Position numbers and translations under genes: made by a program
Part shown: positions 8,428-17,176 of the stretch, piece after piece
Position numbering within the stretch: the stretch's first letter is position 1
Layout of the letters: each line of letters starts with the position of its first letter
NCBI GenBank assembly: GCA_900549775.1
Contig: URPR01000001.1
Location: 50,094-114,093, forward strand
DNA length: 64,000 nt
Source: an uncultured Oscillospiraceae bacterium
GTDB taxonomy: Bacteria; Bacillota; Clostridia; Oscillospirales; Acutalibacteraceae
Reading direction: 5' to 3'
Notes under the pieces: generated by a model
Databases searched by the model: none
Told to the model about the DNA's origin: nothing
Seen by the model: the letters and a program-made list of their open reading frames with translations, nothing else

Positions 8428-10056
8428 TTAATTATTTCCTAATTTACTTAATTCCTCATCAATGATTTTTTTGTCTAGCCTATCGAATAATATTTTAGGC
8501 TCAGCTACCGTGATGCCAGGTTTTATACGCTCATATTTCCAAGAGTTATCGCAGCTTAGCCAAGACAAGACTTTCTCCGAAGAAAACGGAATAAAAGGAT
8601 TTAAAAGTACGGCAAAAGATTTTATTGCATTTATACAGTTGTAAATAGTTACTTCACAAGCCTTTTTGTTTTCTTTTACTGTTATCCATGGTTTTTCTTC
8701 ATCAAAATATTTGTTTATATTTCTTATAGAAGAAAAAATATTTTCTATGGCTGCTTTAAATTCCGCTTTTTCTACAAGTTCAGATACTTTATCAAACAGT
8801 GCGGTTAGTTCATTTTCTATTTCAAGGTTTATTTTTTTATCGCTTATTTGAGGTACTACTGAGCTAAAGTTATTCTTTAAAAATACTAGTGTTCTATTTA
8901 TGAGATTACCATATGCACCTAAAAGTTCGCTGTTATTTGCATTTAAAAATTCTCTCCATGAGAAATCGGCATCTTTTTTTTCTGGACCATTAGACAGCAA
9001 GAAATATCTGATTGAATCGGGATTATATTTGTTTACAATGTCCGGTACCCAAACAGCCCAATTTTGGCTTGTAGAGAATTTTCTGTTTTCAAGCGTCAGG
9101 TATTCTGAAGATACTAACTGTTCAGGTAACTTTAAGTTACTAAAAGCCATCAATTGGGCAGGCAAAATTAGACTGTGGAAAGGGATGTTATCTTTACCAT
9201 GAACGAAATAAGATTTTGCGTTTTCACTCCAGAAATCTTTCCAGTCAAAGTCTCTTTCTTGAGACAGCTTTATTGACGAGGTCAAGTAGCCTAAGACAGC
9301 GTCAAACCAGACGTATATTTTTTTATTTTCAAAGCCTTCGATAGGAACATCTATTCCCCAAGGCAAGTCACGCGATAAAGCCCTATCGACTAAACCTTCG
9401 TTCAAATAGCGCTCTGTCATAGCTAAGCTATTTTTTCTCCAGTCCCTTCTAGTACTCAAATACTTTTCAAGTTTTTCTTGAAAAGCAGAGAGTCTAAAGA
9501 AAAGCTGTTTTTCATTTTTTTCTATAGGTTCGCTGTTGCAAGTTTTGCAGCGCTTATTTTCAAGCTCTAGGGGGTCAAGCAAGGTTCCACAATGGTCGCA
9601 CTGGTCACCTCTTGCGTCTTTTTTACAAACTGGGCAAGTACCTTCTACAAATCTATCAGCCAGAGCCATTTTGCAGTTTTCACAGTAAAGTTCTTTTACT
9701 TCTTTTTCAATAATATACCCATTTTTGTAAATCTCTTTTATAATTTCTTTAACTTTATCACAATGGAAGGGGTTATCTGTGCGGTTGTAAATATCGTAAC
9801 TAAACCCTAATTTTTCAAAGCAATCGGAAAATTCATTGTGAAATCGGTCAGCAATTTCTGAAGGAGAAACTTTTTCAGATTTAGCCTTTAAGATGATTGG
9901 AGTTCCGTGGCAGTCGCTACCAGAAACATAAAGCACATTATCGCCCTTTTGCCTGTGGTATCTAGCAAGAACGTCACCCGGCAGGAGGGCCGCCAAGTGT
10001 CCCAAATGCATAGAACCATTTGCATATGGCCAAGCGCCACCTATAAATATATACAT
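8428..10056 (-). CDS. metG: Methionine--tRNA ligase (short form, no C-terminal tRNA-binding domain)
   Basis: Class I HLGH motif (SMHLGHLAA), a zinc knuckle CPVCKKDARGDQCDHCG, and a KMSKS-like KFSTS. Length is 542 aa. Confidence 0.85.
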   Translation of the reverse strand: MYIFIGGAWPYANGSMHLGHLAALLPGDVLARYHRQKGDNVLYVSGSDCHGTPIILKAKSEKVSPSEIADRFHNEFSDCFEKLGFSYDIYNRTDNPFHCDKVKEIIKEIYKNGYIIEKEVKELYCENCKMALADRFVEGTCPVCKKDARGDQCDHCGTLLDPLELENKRCKTCNSEPIEKNEKQLFFRLSAFQEKLEKYLSTRRDWRKNSLAMTERYLNEGLVDRALSRDLPWGIDVPIEGFENKKIYVWFDAVLGYLTSSIKLSQERDFDWKDFWSENAKSYFVHGKDNIPFHSLILPAQLMAFSNLKLPEQLVSSEYLTLENRKFSTSQNWAVWVPDIVNKYNPDSIRYFLLSNGPEKKDADFSWREFLNANNSELLGAYGNLINRTLVFLKNNFSSVVPQISDKKINLEIENELTALFDKVSELVEKAEFKAAIENIFSSIRNINKYFDEEKPWITVKENKKACEVTIYNCINAIKSFAVLLNPFIPFSSEKVLSWLSCDNSWKYERIKPGITVAEPKILFDRLDKKIIDEELSKLGNN

Positions 10057-10175
10057 TTTTACACCTCAAATTTAATCTATAATATGGTTATTATAGCATC
10101 GAAAAGAAATATATGCAATCTAGGAAGACCACAAAGTCGGTTCAATATTAACGTCTGTATATTGCTAAATAAGAA

Positions 10176-11540
10176 TTACAAATTTCTAAGTCCTTTAGGG
10201 TATTTGTTTTTAATTTTTCCGTTTGAGTATTTTCCAAAGCCTATAGGAATGCCTTCTACAGTTATGCCGATATATCCTGGTTGGCAGTTACTGCAAGGAA
10301 TTTCTTCGCCTTTTAAGAATGCTGCTATTTCGTTTGAATCTTGATGAAAATTGATTTTATTATTAATTTCATTTTCTTTAGCTGCCATAAAAACGGCATG
10401 ATGTGGCTCTATATGGGACTTTTTTCCCTCGGCAAATAAAACTCCGGCCCTAATTACATTTAAATTTCTTATATCTGGCATTTCGTATGGCAAGATGAAA
10501 AATTTGTTGTTTATATTTTCTAAAGGGCCGTATAACTCGCTACTGAATAGGTTGCTGAAAAGTTTTTCGGCTTTGAGTAGATCTTTTTCTTTTGACTTAA
10601 TTTTATAAGCAGGAACGGTATTTTTTTGATGACTTTTTTTTACTAGTTTAGCAACGAAGTGGCCTTCTCCGCATTCTATTGGGGTTATTCTTTTAGCAAA
10701 CGCCAAATTATTTCCAGCAAAACTGTATGCACTGTCGGCGTTTCTTGCACAAGAATACTTTATTTCTGAAATTTCAAAATCATCATTCTCTTTTAAAAAT
10801 TTACAAATTACCTTTTCATTTTCTTCAGGAGAAAAAGTACATGTGGAGTAAACTAATTCTCCGTTTTCTTTTAGGGCAAATTTGGCGCAGTTTAAGATTT
10901 CCAGCTGCCGTCTAGCACAGGATATGCTGTGCTCTTTTGACCATTCATCTATGGCTTGAGGATTTTTTCTGAACATACCTTCTCCAGAGCAAGGAGCGTC
11001 TACTAAGACTTTATCGAAAAAACCAGAAAGTCTGTAGCAAAGGATATCAACTTTGCAGCTTGAAACGACAGCATTTCTTATTCCCATGCGTTCGATATTT
11101 GAAAGCAAAGTATGTGCTCTGTTTTTTATTACTTCGTTTGCCCACAGTAGCCCTGCTCTGCCCAACTTTTCAGCAATCTGTGTGGACTTTCCTCCGGGGG
11201 AAGCGCATAAATCCAAAACTTTTTCACCGGGCTTTACATCAAGTACAGTGACTGCAAAACTGGCAGAAGGTTCCTGCACATAAAATGCCCCGGCGTGGTG
11301 AAGCGGATGAGTGCCTATTTTTTGTATTTCGTTGCTTATATAGAAATTATTATCTGCAAAAGGGGTAGGGGATAGCTGCATGTTTATGATTTTCTTAAAT
11401 TTTTCCAAGCTCACTTTTAAAGTATTTACCCTGAGTCCTCTGTATGGGGGACTGTTGTAGCAAGATATAAATTTATTAAAATCGGATTTTAACAAATTTT
11501 TCATTTCAATTTTAAAATCAATTGGCAATTCCATTTTCAA
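10176..11540 (-). CDS. rRNA m5C methyltransferase, RsmB/RsmF (NOL1/NOP2/Sun) family
   Basis: SAM-binding LDLCASPGGKSTQIA and a catalytic DAPCSGEGMFRKNP motif, with a C-terminal extension typical of RsmF/YebU. Confidence 0.75.
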   Translation of the reverse strand: MKMELPIDFKIEMKNLLKSDFNKFISCYNSPPYRGLRVNTLKVSLEKFKKIINMQLSPTPFADNNFYISNEIQKIGTHPLHHAGAFYVQEPSASFAVTVLDVKPGEKVLDLCASPGGKSTQIAEKLGRAGLLWANEVIKNRAHTLLSNIERMGIRNAVVSSCKVDILCYRLSGFFDKVLVDAPCSGEGMFRKNPQAIDEWSKEHSISCARRQLEILNCAKFALKENGELVYSTCTFSPEENEKVICKFLKENDDFEISEIKYSCARNADSAYSFAGNNLAFAKRITPIECGEGHFVAKLVKKSHQKNTVPAYKIKSKEKDLLKAEKLFSNLFSSELYGPLENINNKFFILPYEMPDIRNLNVIRAGVLFAEGKKSHIEPHHAVFMAAKENEINNKINFHQDSNEIAAFLKGEEIPCSNCQPGYIGITVEGIPIGFGKYSNGKIKNKYPKGLRNL

Positions 11541-11691
11541 AAAACTCCTATAAAAAATTAGAATAAAATTAAATCAGATACAGATAATAATATTGCAAGC
11601 CGAGATCGCTTGCAAAGAAAAGAGAAACCATTGTATAAACAGATTGGCTCATTGGATCACAAACATTGAGTTGTTTGAGGAGGTGGACCTA

Positions 11692-11784
11692 ATGGCACAA
11701 AACAATAATCAAAATAAAAACCAGAATCAGAACAAGAATCAAAACCAAAATAAGAACAGTGAAAACAGTCAAAACTGCAAATAG
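11692..11784 (+). CDS. 30-aa Asn/Gln-rich small protein (MAQNNNQNKNQNQNKNQNQNKNSENSQNCK)
   Basis: A strong SD GAGGAGGTGG lies 6 nt upstream of ATG 11692. The sequence is a low-complexity NQNK tandem repeat. A convincing hairpin terminator follows immediately. Not in the ORF track as a discrete call because it is under 60 aa. Confidence 0.5.
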   Translation: MAQNNNQNKNQNQNKNQNQNKNSENSQNCK

Positions 11785-11812
11785 TTAAAATTTAAATCAA
11801 TTTAATTTCAAA

Positions 11813-11846
11813 ATACCATCTCTAAAGGATGATTTAGAGGTGGTAT
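11813..11846. terminator. Bidirectional intrinsic terminator between the small N/Q ORF (+) and mrnC (-)
   Basis: ATACCATCTCTAAA-ggatga-TTTAGAGGTGGTAT followed by TTGCTGTTT. Flanked by A-rich sequence on the other side. Confidence 0.6.
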
Positions 11847-11853
11847 TTGCTGT

Positions 11854-12258
11854 TTAATTGTTGTCGGCTGAAGGGGAAATGATATTGAAAAGTTCGCGAA
11901 GTCGTTCTATTTTGCCTTTTAAGTATAAATATCCGAACAAAGTCTCAAGTCCTGTAGCATTATGATATTGAACGAGTGTAGCGTTTTTGGGGATGTTTTT
12001 TGTATGAGAATTTTTTCCCTTTCTAAATACATCTTTTTCTTCATCTGTAAGATGCGGGAAAAGTTGTTCTACATATTCGGCTTGAGATTGACAGCATACC
12101 TTTTCGACGCTTCTTTTGTGGAGTTTATTAACGGCACATCTGTTTTGGCAAATAATCTGATCTCTTACGAAAAGCTCAAAGACAGCGTCGCCTATAAACG
12201 CTAGCGAAAGTGGATTTAAGCTTTTATAATCGCAATTTTCATTGTACAATCTTTCCAA
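11854..12258 (-). CDS. mrnC: Mini-ribonuclease 3 (Mini-III)
   Basis: LAFIGDAVFELFVRD is an RNase III-like signature in a 134-aa protein without a dsRBD. Matches the YazC/MrnC family. Confidence 0.8.
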   Translation of the reverse strand: MERLYNENCDYKSLNPLSLAFIGDAVFELFVRDQIICQNRCAVNKLHKRSVEKVCCQSQAEYVEQLFPHLTDEEKDVFRKGKNSHTKNIPKNATLVQYHNATGLETLFGYLYLKGKIERLRELFNIISPSADNN

Positions 12259-12272
12259 GATTTAACACGCAC

Positions 12273-13544
12273 CTACTCAATAAAATCAAATTCAAAATCG
12301 TATATATTAACAGTATCACCATCTTTTATGCCTTTTTTTATCAAAGCATCGTTTATTCCGCTAGAAGAAAGGACTTTTTGGAAGTACTGTAATGAGTCAT
12401 AGTCATCGAAGTTAATGGAATCTAATAATTTTAAAAGCCATTTTCCTTCAATTTTGTAAACACCATTTTCTTTAGTTATGGTAAATGTTCTATCTTTTTC
12501 TTTGAATTCAATGTTGTCCACAGTTTCTTCTGCCTCAAATACTTTTATGGGTGGCAGCTTTGCAAGTTTTTCTTCTATAGCATCTAAAAGTTTGTCGGTA
12601 CCGTAGTTTATTGGAGCCATTATAGGGAAGAACTCTAATCCGAGGTTGTTTACAAATGCTTTAAAATCAGATATTTGAGCATCCGTAGCTAAGTCGCATT
12701 TATTTCCAACGACCAGCATAGGGCGCAAAGCAAGTTCAGGATTAAAGACTTTTATTTCATTATTTATAATCTGAAAATCGTTTTTAGGATCACGACCTTC
12801 GCTTCCGGAAATATCAACAACGTGAACCAGTAGTCTGCATCTTTCTACATGTCGCAAAAACTGGTGCCCAAGGCCTATGCCATCTTTAGCACCTTCTATT
12901 ATTCCGGGAATGTCGGCCATAACGAACGAACGATTTTTATTTCGAGTAACTACCCCTAAAACAGGGCTCAGTGTAGTAAAGTGATAGTCAGCTATAACTG
13001 GTTTTGCAGAGCTTACCACTGAGATTAACGTTGATTTACCTACGTTGGGAAAACCGACAAGACCTACATCTGCAAGGAGTTTTAGTTCCAGTTGTACTTC
13101 AAGTTCCTCTCCATCATCGCCAGGTTTAGAAAAACGAGGAGCTTGCCTTGTGGAGGTAGCAAAGTGCATATTTCCAAGGCCACCTTTGCCGCCTTTGGCT
13201 ATCACAGTTTCCTTGTCTGTAGAGATGTCGGCGATAATTTTGCCAGTATTAGCGTTTTTGACTATGGTACCTTTAGGTACTTTTATTATTAAGTTGGGAG
13301 CGCTTTTGCCAGCGCAGCGGGAAGCTTTGCCATTCTGCCCATTTTCTGCTACATATTTTCTTTTATATCTAAAGTCGGCGAGTGTAGAAAGATTACTGTC
13401 GACCTTAAATATAATGTCCCCCCCTTTTCCACCGTCCCCTCCATCGGGACCGCCATTTGCTACATATTTTTCTCTGTGAAAGGAAACGGCACCGTTTCCG
13501 CCATTTCCGGCTTTTATTTTTATTTTTGCTATATCTACAAACAT
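12273..13544 (-). CDS. obg: GTPase Obg/CgtA
   Basis: MFVDIAKIKIKAGNGGNGAVSFHREKYV...GGPDGGDGGKGGD is the Obg fold. G1 GFPNVGKST and G4 NKCD are present, plus a C-terminal OCT domain. Start at ATG 13544 (SD AGGAGG). The longer ORF-track start is not supported. Confidence 0.9.
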   Translation of the reverse strand: MFVDIAKIKIKAGNGGNGAVSFHREKYVANGGPDGGDGGKGGDIIFKVDSNLSTLADFRYKRKYVAENGQNGKASRCAGKSAPNLIIKVPKGTIVKNANTGKIIADISTDKETVIAKGGKGGLGNMHFATSTRQAPRFSKPGDDGEELEVQLELKLLADVGLVGFPNVGKSTLISVVSSAKPVIADYHFTTLSPVLGVVTRNKNRSFVMADIPGIIEGAKDGIGLGHQFLRHVERCRLLVHVVDISGSEGRDPKNDFQIINNEIKVFNPELALRPMLVVGNKCDLATDAQISDFKAFVNNLGLEFFPIMAPINYGTDKLLDAIEEKLAKLPPIKVFEAEETVDNIEFKEKDRTFTITKENGVYKIEGKWLLKLLDSINFDDYDSLQYFQKVLSSSGINDALIKKGIKDGDTVNIYDFEFDFIE

Positions 13545-13614
13545 TTTTCCTCCTTCCGCTTTTCTTTGAAGGAAAAGAAAAGCTTGGCAAAAGAAACTAA
13601 GTTCCGCCTCCAAT

Positions 13615-13782
13615 AAGTTTTATGAAAATTTTATTGCCTTTTTCAGCGAAATGTAAGACTAATTGATTTGAGACTAAAATAAGTTCAAAAAAAGGAACTG
13701 AGTTTCGCACCTAATTAAATTTGATGAAAATTTAATTACTTTTTTCTGTGAATTGGTTTAGTTGATTTGTGGTTAAAAAATG
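13615..13782. repeat. Two imperfect tandem copies of a ~70-nt unit (about 70% identity, period ~99 nt) in the obg upstream region
   Basis: The unit is ATGAAAATTTnATTnCnTTTTTC...TAnTTGATTTGnGnnTAAAA. It is found at about 13615-13683 and again at 13714-13782. Confidence 0.55.
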
Positions 13783-13817
13783 AGAATAACATATTTCGAT
13801 CTCACGAATAATAAATA

Positions 13818-13838
13818 AGGGAGGAAAATATCCTCCCT
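13818..13838 (-). terminator. Intrinsic terminator after rpmA
   Basis: AGGGAGGA-tattt-TCCTCCCT followed by TTATTTATT on the minus strand. Confidence 0.6.
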
Positions 13839-13846
13839 AAGCCAAA

Positions 13847-14131
13847 TTATTCAGCGGCGGTATAAACACAAGCACGTTTTCTATCTCTGCCGAACCTTTC
13901 AAATCTAACTGTACCGTCAGTTAATGCGAATAGAGTATCATCAGATCCACGACCTACGTTTTTGCCAGGATGGATGTGTGTGCCTCTTTGTTTGACTAAA
14001 ATATTACCAGCTAAAACAAATTGCCCATCGGCCCTTTTGACGCCAAGCCTTTTAGATTCAGAGTCTCTGCCGTTCTTGGTCGAACCCATTCCTTTTTTAT
14101 GAGCAAACAATTGTATATTAATTTTAAGCAT
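13847..14131 (-). CDS. rpmA: 50S ribosomal protein L27 (with the cleavable N-terminal extension typical of Firmicutes)
   Basis: [33 protein letters not shown]... Confidence 0.9.
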   Translation of the reverse strand: MLKINIQLFAHKKGMGSTKNGRDSESKRLGVKRADGQFVLAGNILVKQRGTHIHPGKNVGRGSDDTLFALTDGTVRFERFGRDRKRACVYTAAE

Positions 14132-14135
14132 ATTA

Positions 14136-14459
14136 TTACACCTCCATGTAATTTACAACAATATTTTCAGGGTATAATTCTTCTAAAGCAATTAAGTGTA
14201 ACTTTAGACCTTGAAGTATATCTTTGCAAGGATTATAATCATCTTTTTTTATTTTAATAAACATTTTTCCACTATTATCTACGCTAACATCGGCAGCAAT
14301 CTTAATAACATCGGTAATTGTATTAGTTGCCATGTAAGCGGCTGAAGAAACAGCGGCACAAATTATATCTGGTTGATTGTTACTGTAGTTAGCGTGGCCA
14401 GAAATTTGAAATCCCAAAATTAAACCAGATTCATTTACTAAAAAAGTAGCATTTATCAT
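14136..14459 (-). CDS. prp: Ribosomal-processing cysteine protease Prp (YsxB family)
   Basis: 107 aa sitting between rplU and rpmA. A conserved Cys/His pair fits the Prp/DUF464 family. The rplU-ysxB-rpmA synteny is conserved. Confidence 0.75.
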   Translation of the reverse strand: MINATFLVNESGLILGFQISGHANYSNNQPDIICAAVSSAAYMATNTITDVIKIAADVSVDNSGKMFIKIKKDDYNPCKDILQGLKLHLIALEELYPENIVVNYMEV

Positions 14460-14767
14460 TATGCATTGATATTTTCGATTTGTACTTTAGTGTAAGGTTG
14501 TCTGTGACCTAGCTTGCGTTTTTCACTCTTTTTAGGCTTGTAAGTAAATACTGTTATTTTTTTACCTTTACCGTTCTTAAGAACCTTAGCACTAACTTTA
14601 GCGGAATCAACATATGGAGTACCTAAAGAAAGATTGCCATCATTTGAAATAGCAACAACTTTAAAGTCAACAGTAGAGCCTTCTTCAGCGGTTAATTTCT
14701 CAACGAAAATAACATCGCCTTGTTCAACTTTATATTGTTTTCCACCGGTTTCAATAATTGCGTACAT
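14459..14767 (-). CDS. rplU: 50S ribosomal protein L21
   Basis: [25 protein letters not shown]... Start at ATG 14767 with SD AGGTG. Confidence 0.9.
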   Translation of the reverse strand: MYAIIETGGKQYKVEQGDVIFVEKLTAEEGSTVDFKVVAISNDGNLSLGTPYVDSAKVSAKVLKNGKGKKITVFTYKPKKSEKRKLGHRQPYTKVQIENINA

Positions 14768-14776
14768 ATTTGGCAC

Positions 14777-14887
14777 CTGCCCTTTTTATAAAACTCGCTA
14801 CTTACAGGCGAAAACGAATGTTTTCTTAAAGAGCCTGCAATATGCGGCAAAATAATCTTACCACAATCTACAGGCTTTGTCAAACGT
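14777..14887 (-). promoter_or_regulatory. rplU promoter (TTGACA-17-TAAGAT) plus a ~90-nt structured 5' leader (candidate L21 leader element)
   Basis: The minus strand reads TTGACAaagcctgtagattgtggTAAGAT. A leader with complementary segments GCAGGC/GCCTG follows. The L21 leader is a known cis element upstream of rplU in Bacillota. Confidence 0.35.
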
Positions 14888-15748
14888 TTAGACTTCTTTT
14901 TCTAAAATCTCTTTGCAATTCAAAACTAATTTTTCAGTATTTGTATTATTTTGAGGATACTGCGGATTTATTTCTTCCATTGTTTTTGTCAAGATCTCAG
15001 ATACGAAATATCTAGCGAACCATTTTTTATCAGCGGGTATGATGTACCAAGGGTTTGTGGGAGTTGCTGTTTTATTTATAGCATTTTCGTACGCCTCCAT
15101 GTAAGTATCCCACAATGCACGTTCTTTTATATCTGATTCAGATAATTTCCAGTTTTTGTTTTTATTGTCTATCCTTTTGAAAAAACGTTTTTTCTGTTCG
15201 TCTTTAGATATGCAGAAGAAAAATTTTAATACTCGCACGCCATTTTCCCACAGGTAATCTTCAAAGTTTACAATCTGTTTATAACGCTTATTAATAATAT
15301 CTTTTTTGCACCTATCTGGCATGTTGTAATTTTTATATAATTTATGGACTTTTGCAATCAGTACGTCCTCGTAATATGACCTGTTAAAAATGCCAATAAT
15401 ACCTTTGGATGGCAGTTTCTTTATGCAGCGCCATAGGTAGTCGTGTGAAAGTTCTTCAGAGCTTGGCTGTTTAAAGTTGCTAACTTGTACGCCTTGTGGG
15501 TTAAGACCACTCATAACGTGTTTTATAGCGCCATCTTTGCCTCCTGCATCCATGGCTTGAAAAATTAAAAGCAAACTTTCTTTACCCTCAGCGTAAAATT
15601 TATCTTGAAATTGTCCGAGCCTTTGTAGATTTACTAAACTTTTATTTGCAATCTCAAATTTGTCTAATTTTAACTTTTTAGCACTGGGGTCAAAATCTTT
15701 AAAGTCAAATTTTTTATTTCCAGAGATTTTAAATTCATCTAAATTCAT
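14888..15748 (-). CDS. ppk2: Polyphosphate kinase 2 family protein (polyphosphate:nucleotide phosphotransferase)
   Basis: Walker A-like FQAMDAGGKDG, conserved PPK2 lid residues, and 286 aa (single-domain PPK2). Confidence 0.8.
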   Translation of the reverse strand: MNLDEFKISGNKKFDFKDFDPSAKKLKLDKFEIANKSLVNLQRLGQFQDKFYAEGKESLLLIFQAMDAGGKDGAIKHVMSGLNPQGVQVSNFKQPSSEELSHDYLWRCIKKLPSKGIIGIFNRSYYEDVLIAKVHKLYKNYNMPDRCKKDIINKRYKQIVNFEDYLWENGVRVLKFFFCISKDEQKKRFFKRIDNKNKNWKLSESDIKERALWDTYMEAYENAINKTATPTNPWYIIPADKKWFARYFVSEILTKTMEEINPQYPQNNTNTEKLVLNCKEILEKEV

Positions 15749-15905
15749 TCTACATTCCTCCTGTTAAATTTAATATATAATAGCATATATGTATAAAAAT
15801 GTCAATTAAATATTAATTTTAATATTAAAAATATGGAAATGATTTATTTTGGACTTATCGAATTTATTGTAATATAATTAAAATAAAACTTACTGGAGGA
15901 CCTTT

Positions 15906-17111
15906 ATGCGCGTATGTGCTATAATTTGTGAGTATAACCCTTTTCACAACGGACATGCCTATTTAATATCCAAAGCGAAGCAGATGGGTTTTACTCATAT
16001 TGTTGCCATTATGTCTGGAAATTTTACGCAAAGAGGTGAATTCTCTATTGTTTCCAAGCTTGCAAAGACGAAAATGGCGCTTTTAAATAACGTGGATCTA
16101 GTGATAGAATTGCCAGCTGTATACTCGATATCTAGGGCAGAAACTTTTGCAAAATCAGCGATTTACTTGGCAAACTCATTGGGATGCATAGATGCGTTAA
16201 TTTTTGGTAGTGAATGTGGAAATATTCAGATGTTAAAAACAGCAGCTGAAGCAACATCTTCTAAAACTGTAAATACTGAGATAAAAAAGTTTTTAAAAAC
16301 AGGCATAACTTTTGCAAAAGCCAGAGCTTTGGCAGTAGAAAAAGTTTATGGGAACCGGGTTTCAAATATTTTTAATTTTTCAAATAATAATTTAGCTATT
16401 GAATACATAAAAGCTTTGAATGATTTTGATTCGCGCATAAAGCCGTTACCGGTTTTGAGGAAACAAGTTTTGCACGATAGCATGGACTGTGCCGGAAACT
16501 TTGCAAGTGCATCATATATAAGAAGTTTAATTTTAAAAGGGCAAGATTATTCGCAGTTTGTGCCGAGAGCCACTCTGAAAATTTTGAAGCAAGAAATGGC
16601 TTTGAGACTAGCTCCAGCAGATGTAAAAAGGCTTGAAAGAGCATTTTTGTTTCAATTGAGGAAGTTAGAAATAGACGATATATTGATGGCTTCAGAAATA
16701 GGCGAGGGGCTTGAATTTAAGATATATAAAGAGATAAAGAGTTCATCGTTGTTTGAAGAGCTGTTAGATAAAGTAAAATCTAAAAGGTATACACTCGCCA
16801 GAATAAAGCGCATTGTTTTATCATTGATACTTGGCATAGATAAAGAAATTCAAAATGTTTTGCCGTCCTACATAAGGATTTTAGGGTTTAGCGTTAAAGG
16901 TAAGGAAATTTTAAGTAAATTAAAAAAATCAGCTACTCTTCCTGTGTTCACTAAATATTCAGAGGTTGAAAAATATAAAGATGAAAACATTTTGAAAAAA
17001 TTTGCTTTTGAGGCTAAGCTATCCGATATTTATTCTTTAGCTTTACCTAAAGTCTGTGAAATGGGACTTGACTACAAATTCAGCGTGGTGGATGGAGATA
17101 AAATAATTTGA
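15906..17111 (+). CDS. tmcAL: tRNA(Met) cytidine acetate ligase TmcAL (YlbM/UPF0348 family nucleotidyltransferase)
   Basis: The N-terminal CAIICEYNPFHNGHAYLI HxGH nucleotidyltransferase motif is typical of TmcAL. Length is 401 aa. Confidence 0.7.
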   Translation: MRVCAIICEYNPFHNGHAYLISKAKQMGFTHIVAIMSGNFTQRGEFSIVSKLAKTKMALLNNVDLVIELPAVYSISRAETFAKSAIYLANSLGCIDALIFGSECGNIQMLKTAAEATSSKTVNTEIKKFLKTGITFAKARALAVEKVYGNRVSNIFNFSNNNLAIEYIKALNDFDSRIKPLPVLRKQVLHDSMDCAGNFASASYIRSLILKGQDYSQFVPRATLKILKQEMALRLAPADVKRLERAFLFQLRKLEIDDILMASEIGEGLEFKIYKEIKSSSLFEELLDKVKSKRYTLARIKRIVLSLILGIDKEIQNVLPSYIRILGFSVKGKEILSKLKKSATLPVFTKYSEVEKYKDENILKKFAFEAKLSDIYSLALPKVCEMGLDYKFSVVDGDKII

Positions 17112-17176
17112 GTTTTTGAATTTATTCATACATACCGGACAATTCTATTTATTAGAACTGATTAGGTGGTATAAAT

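Noticed and set aside
10057-10175. T-box leader upstream of metG, and a lysine riboswitch upstream of aspartokinase
   Set aside because: The spacers are only ~120 nt for metG and 2 nt for aspartokinase. No T-box (AGGGTGGNACCGCG) or L-box sequences are present.
11692-11784. Asn-rich peptide interpreted as a ribosome-stalling leader peptide controlling an asparagine gene (attenuation)
   Set aside because: No same-strand gene follows. A bidirectional terminator and the convergent mrnC gene follow immediately. asnB is 7 kb away and has its own promoter.
13045-13479. 144-aa Pro/Ser-rich plus-strand ORF and 61-aa Arg/Lys-rich minus-strand ORF inside obg
   Set aside because: Both are alternative-frame artefacts of the Gly-rich (GGxGGxGG) coding region of obg.
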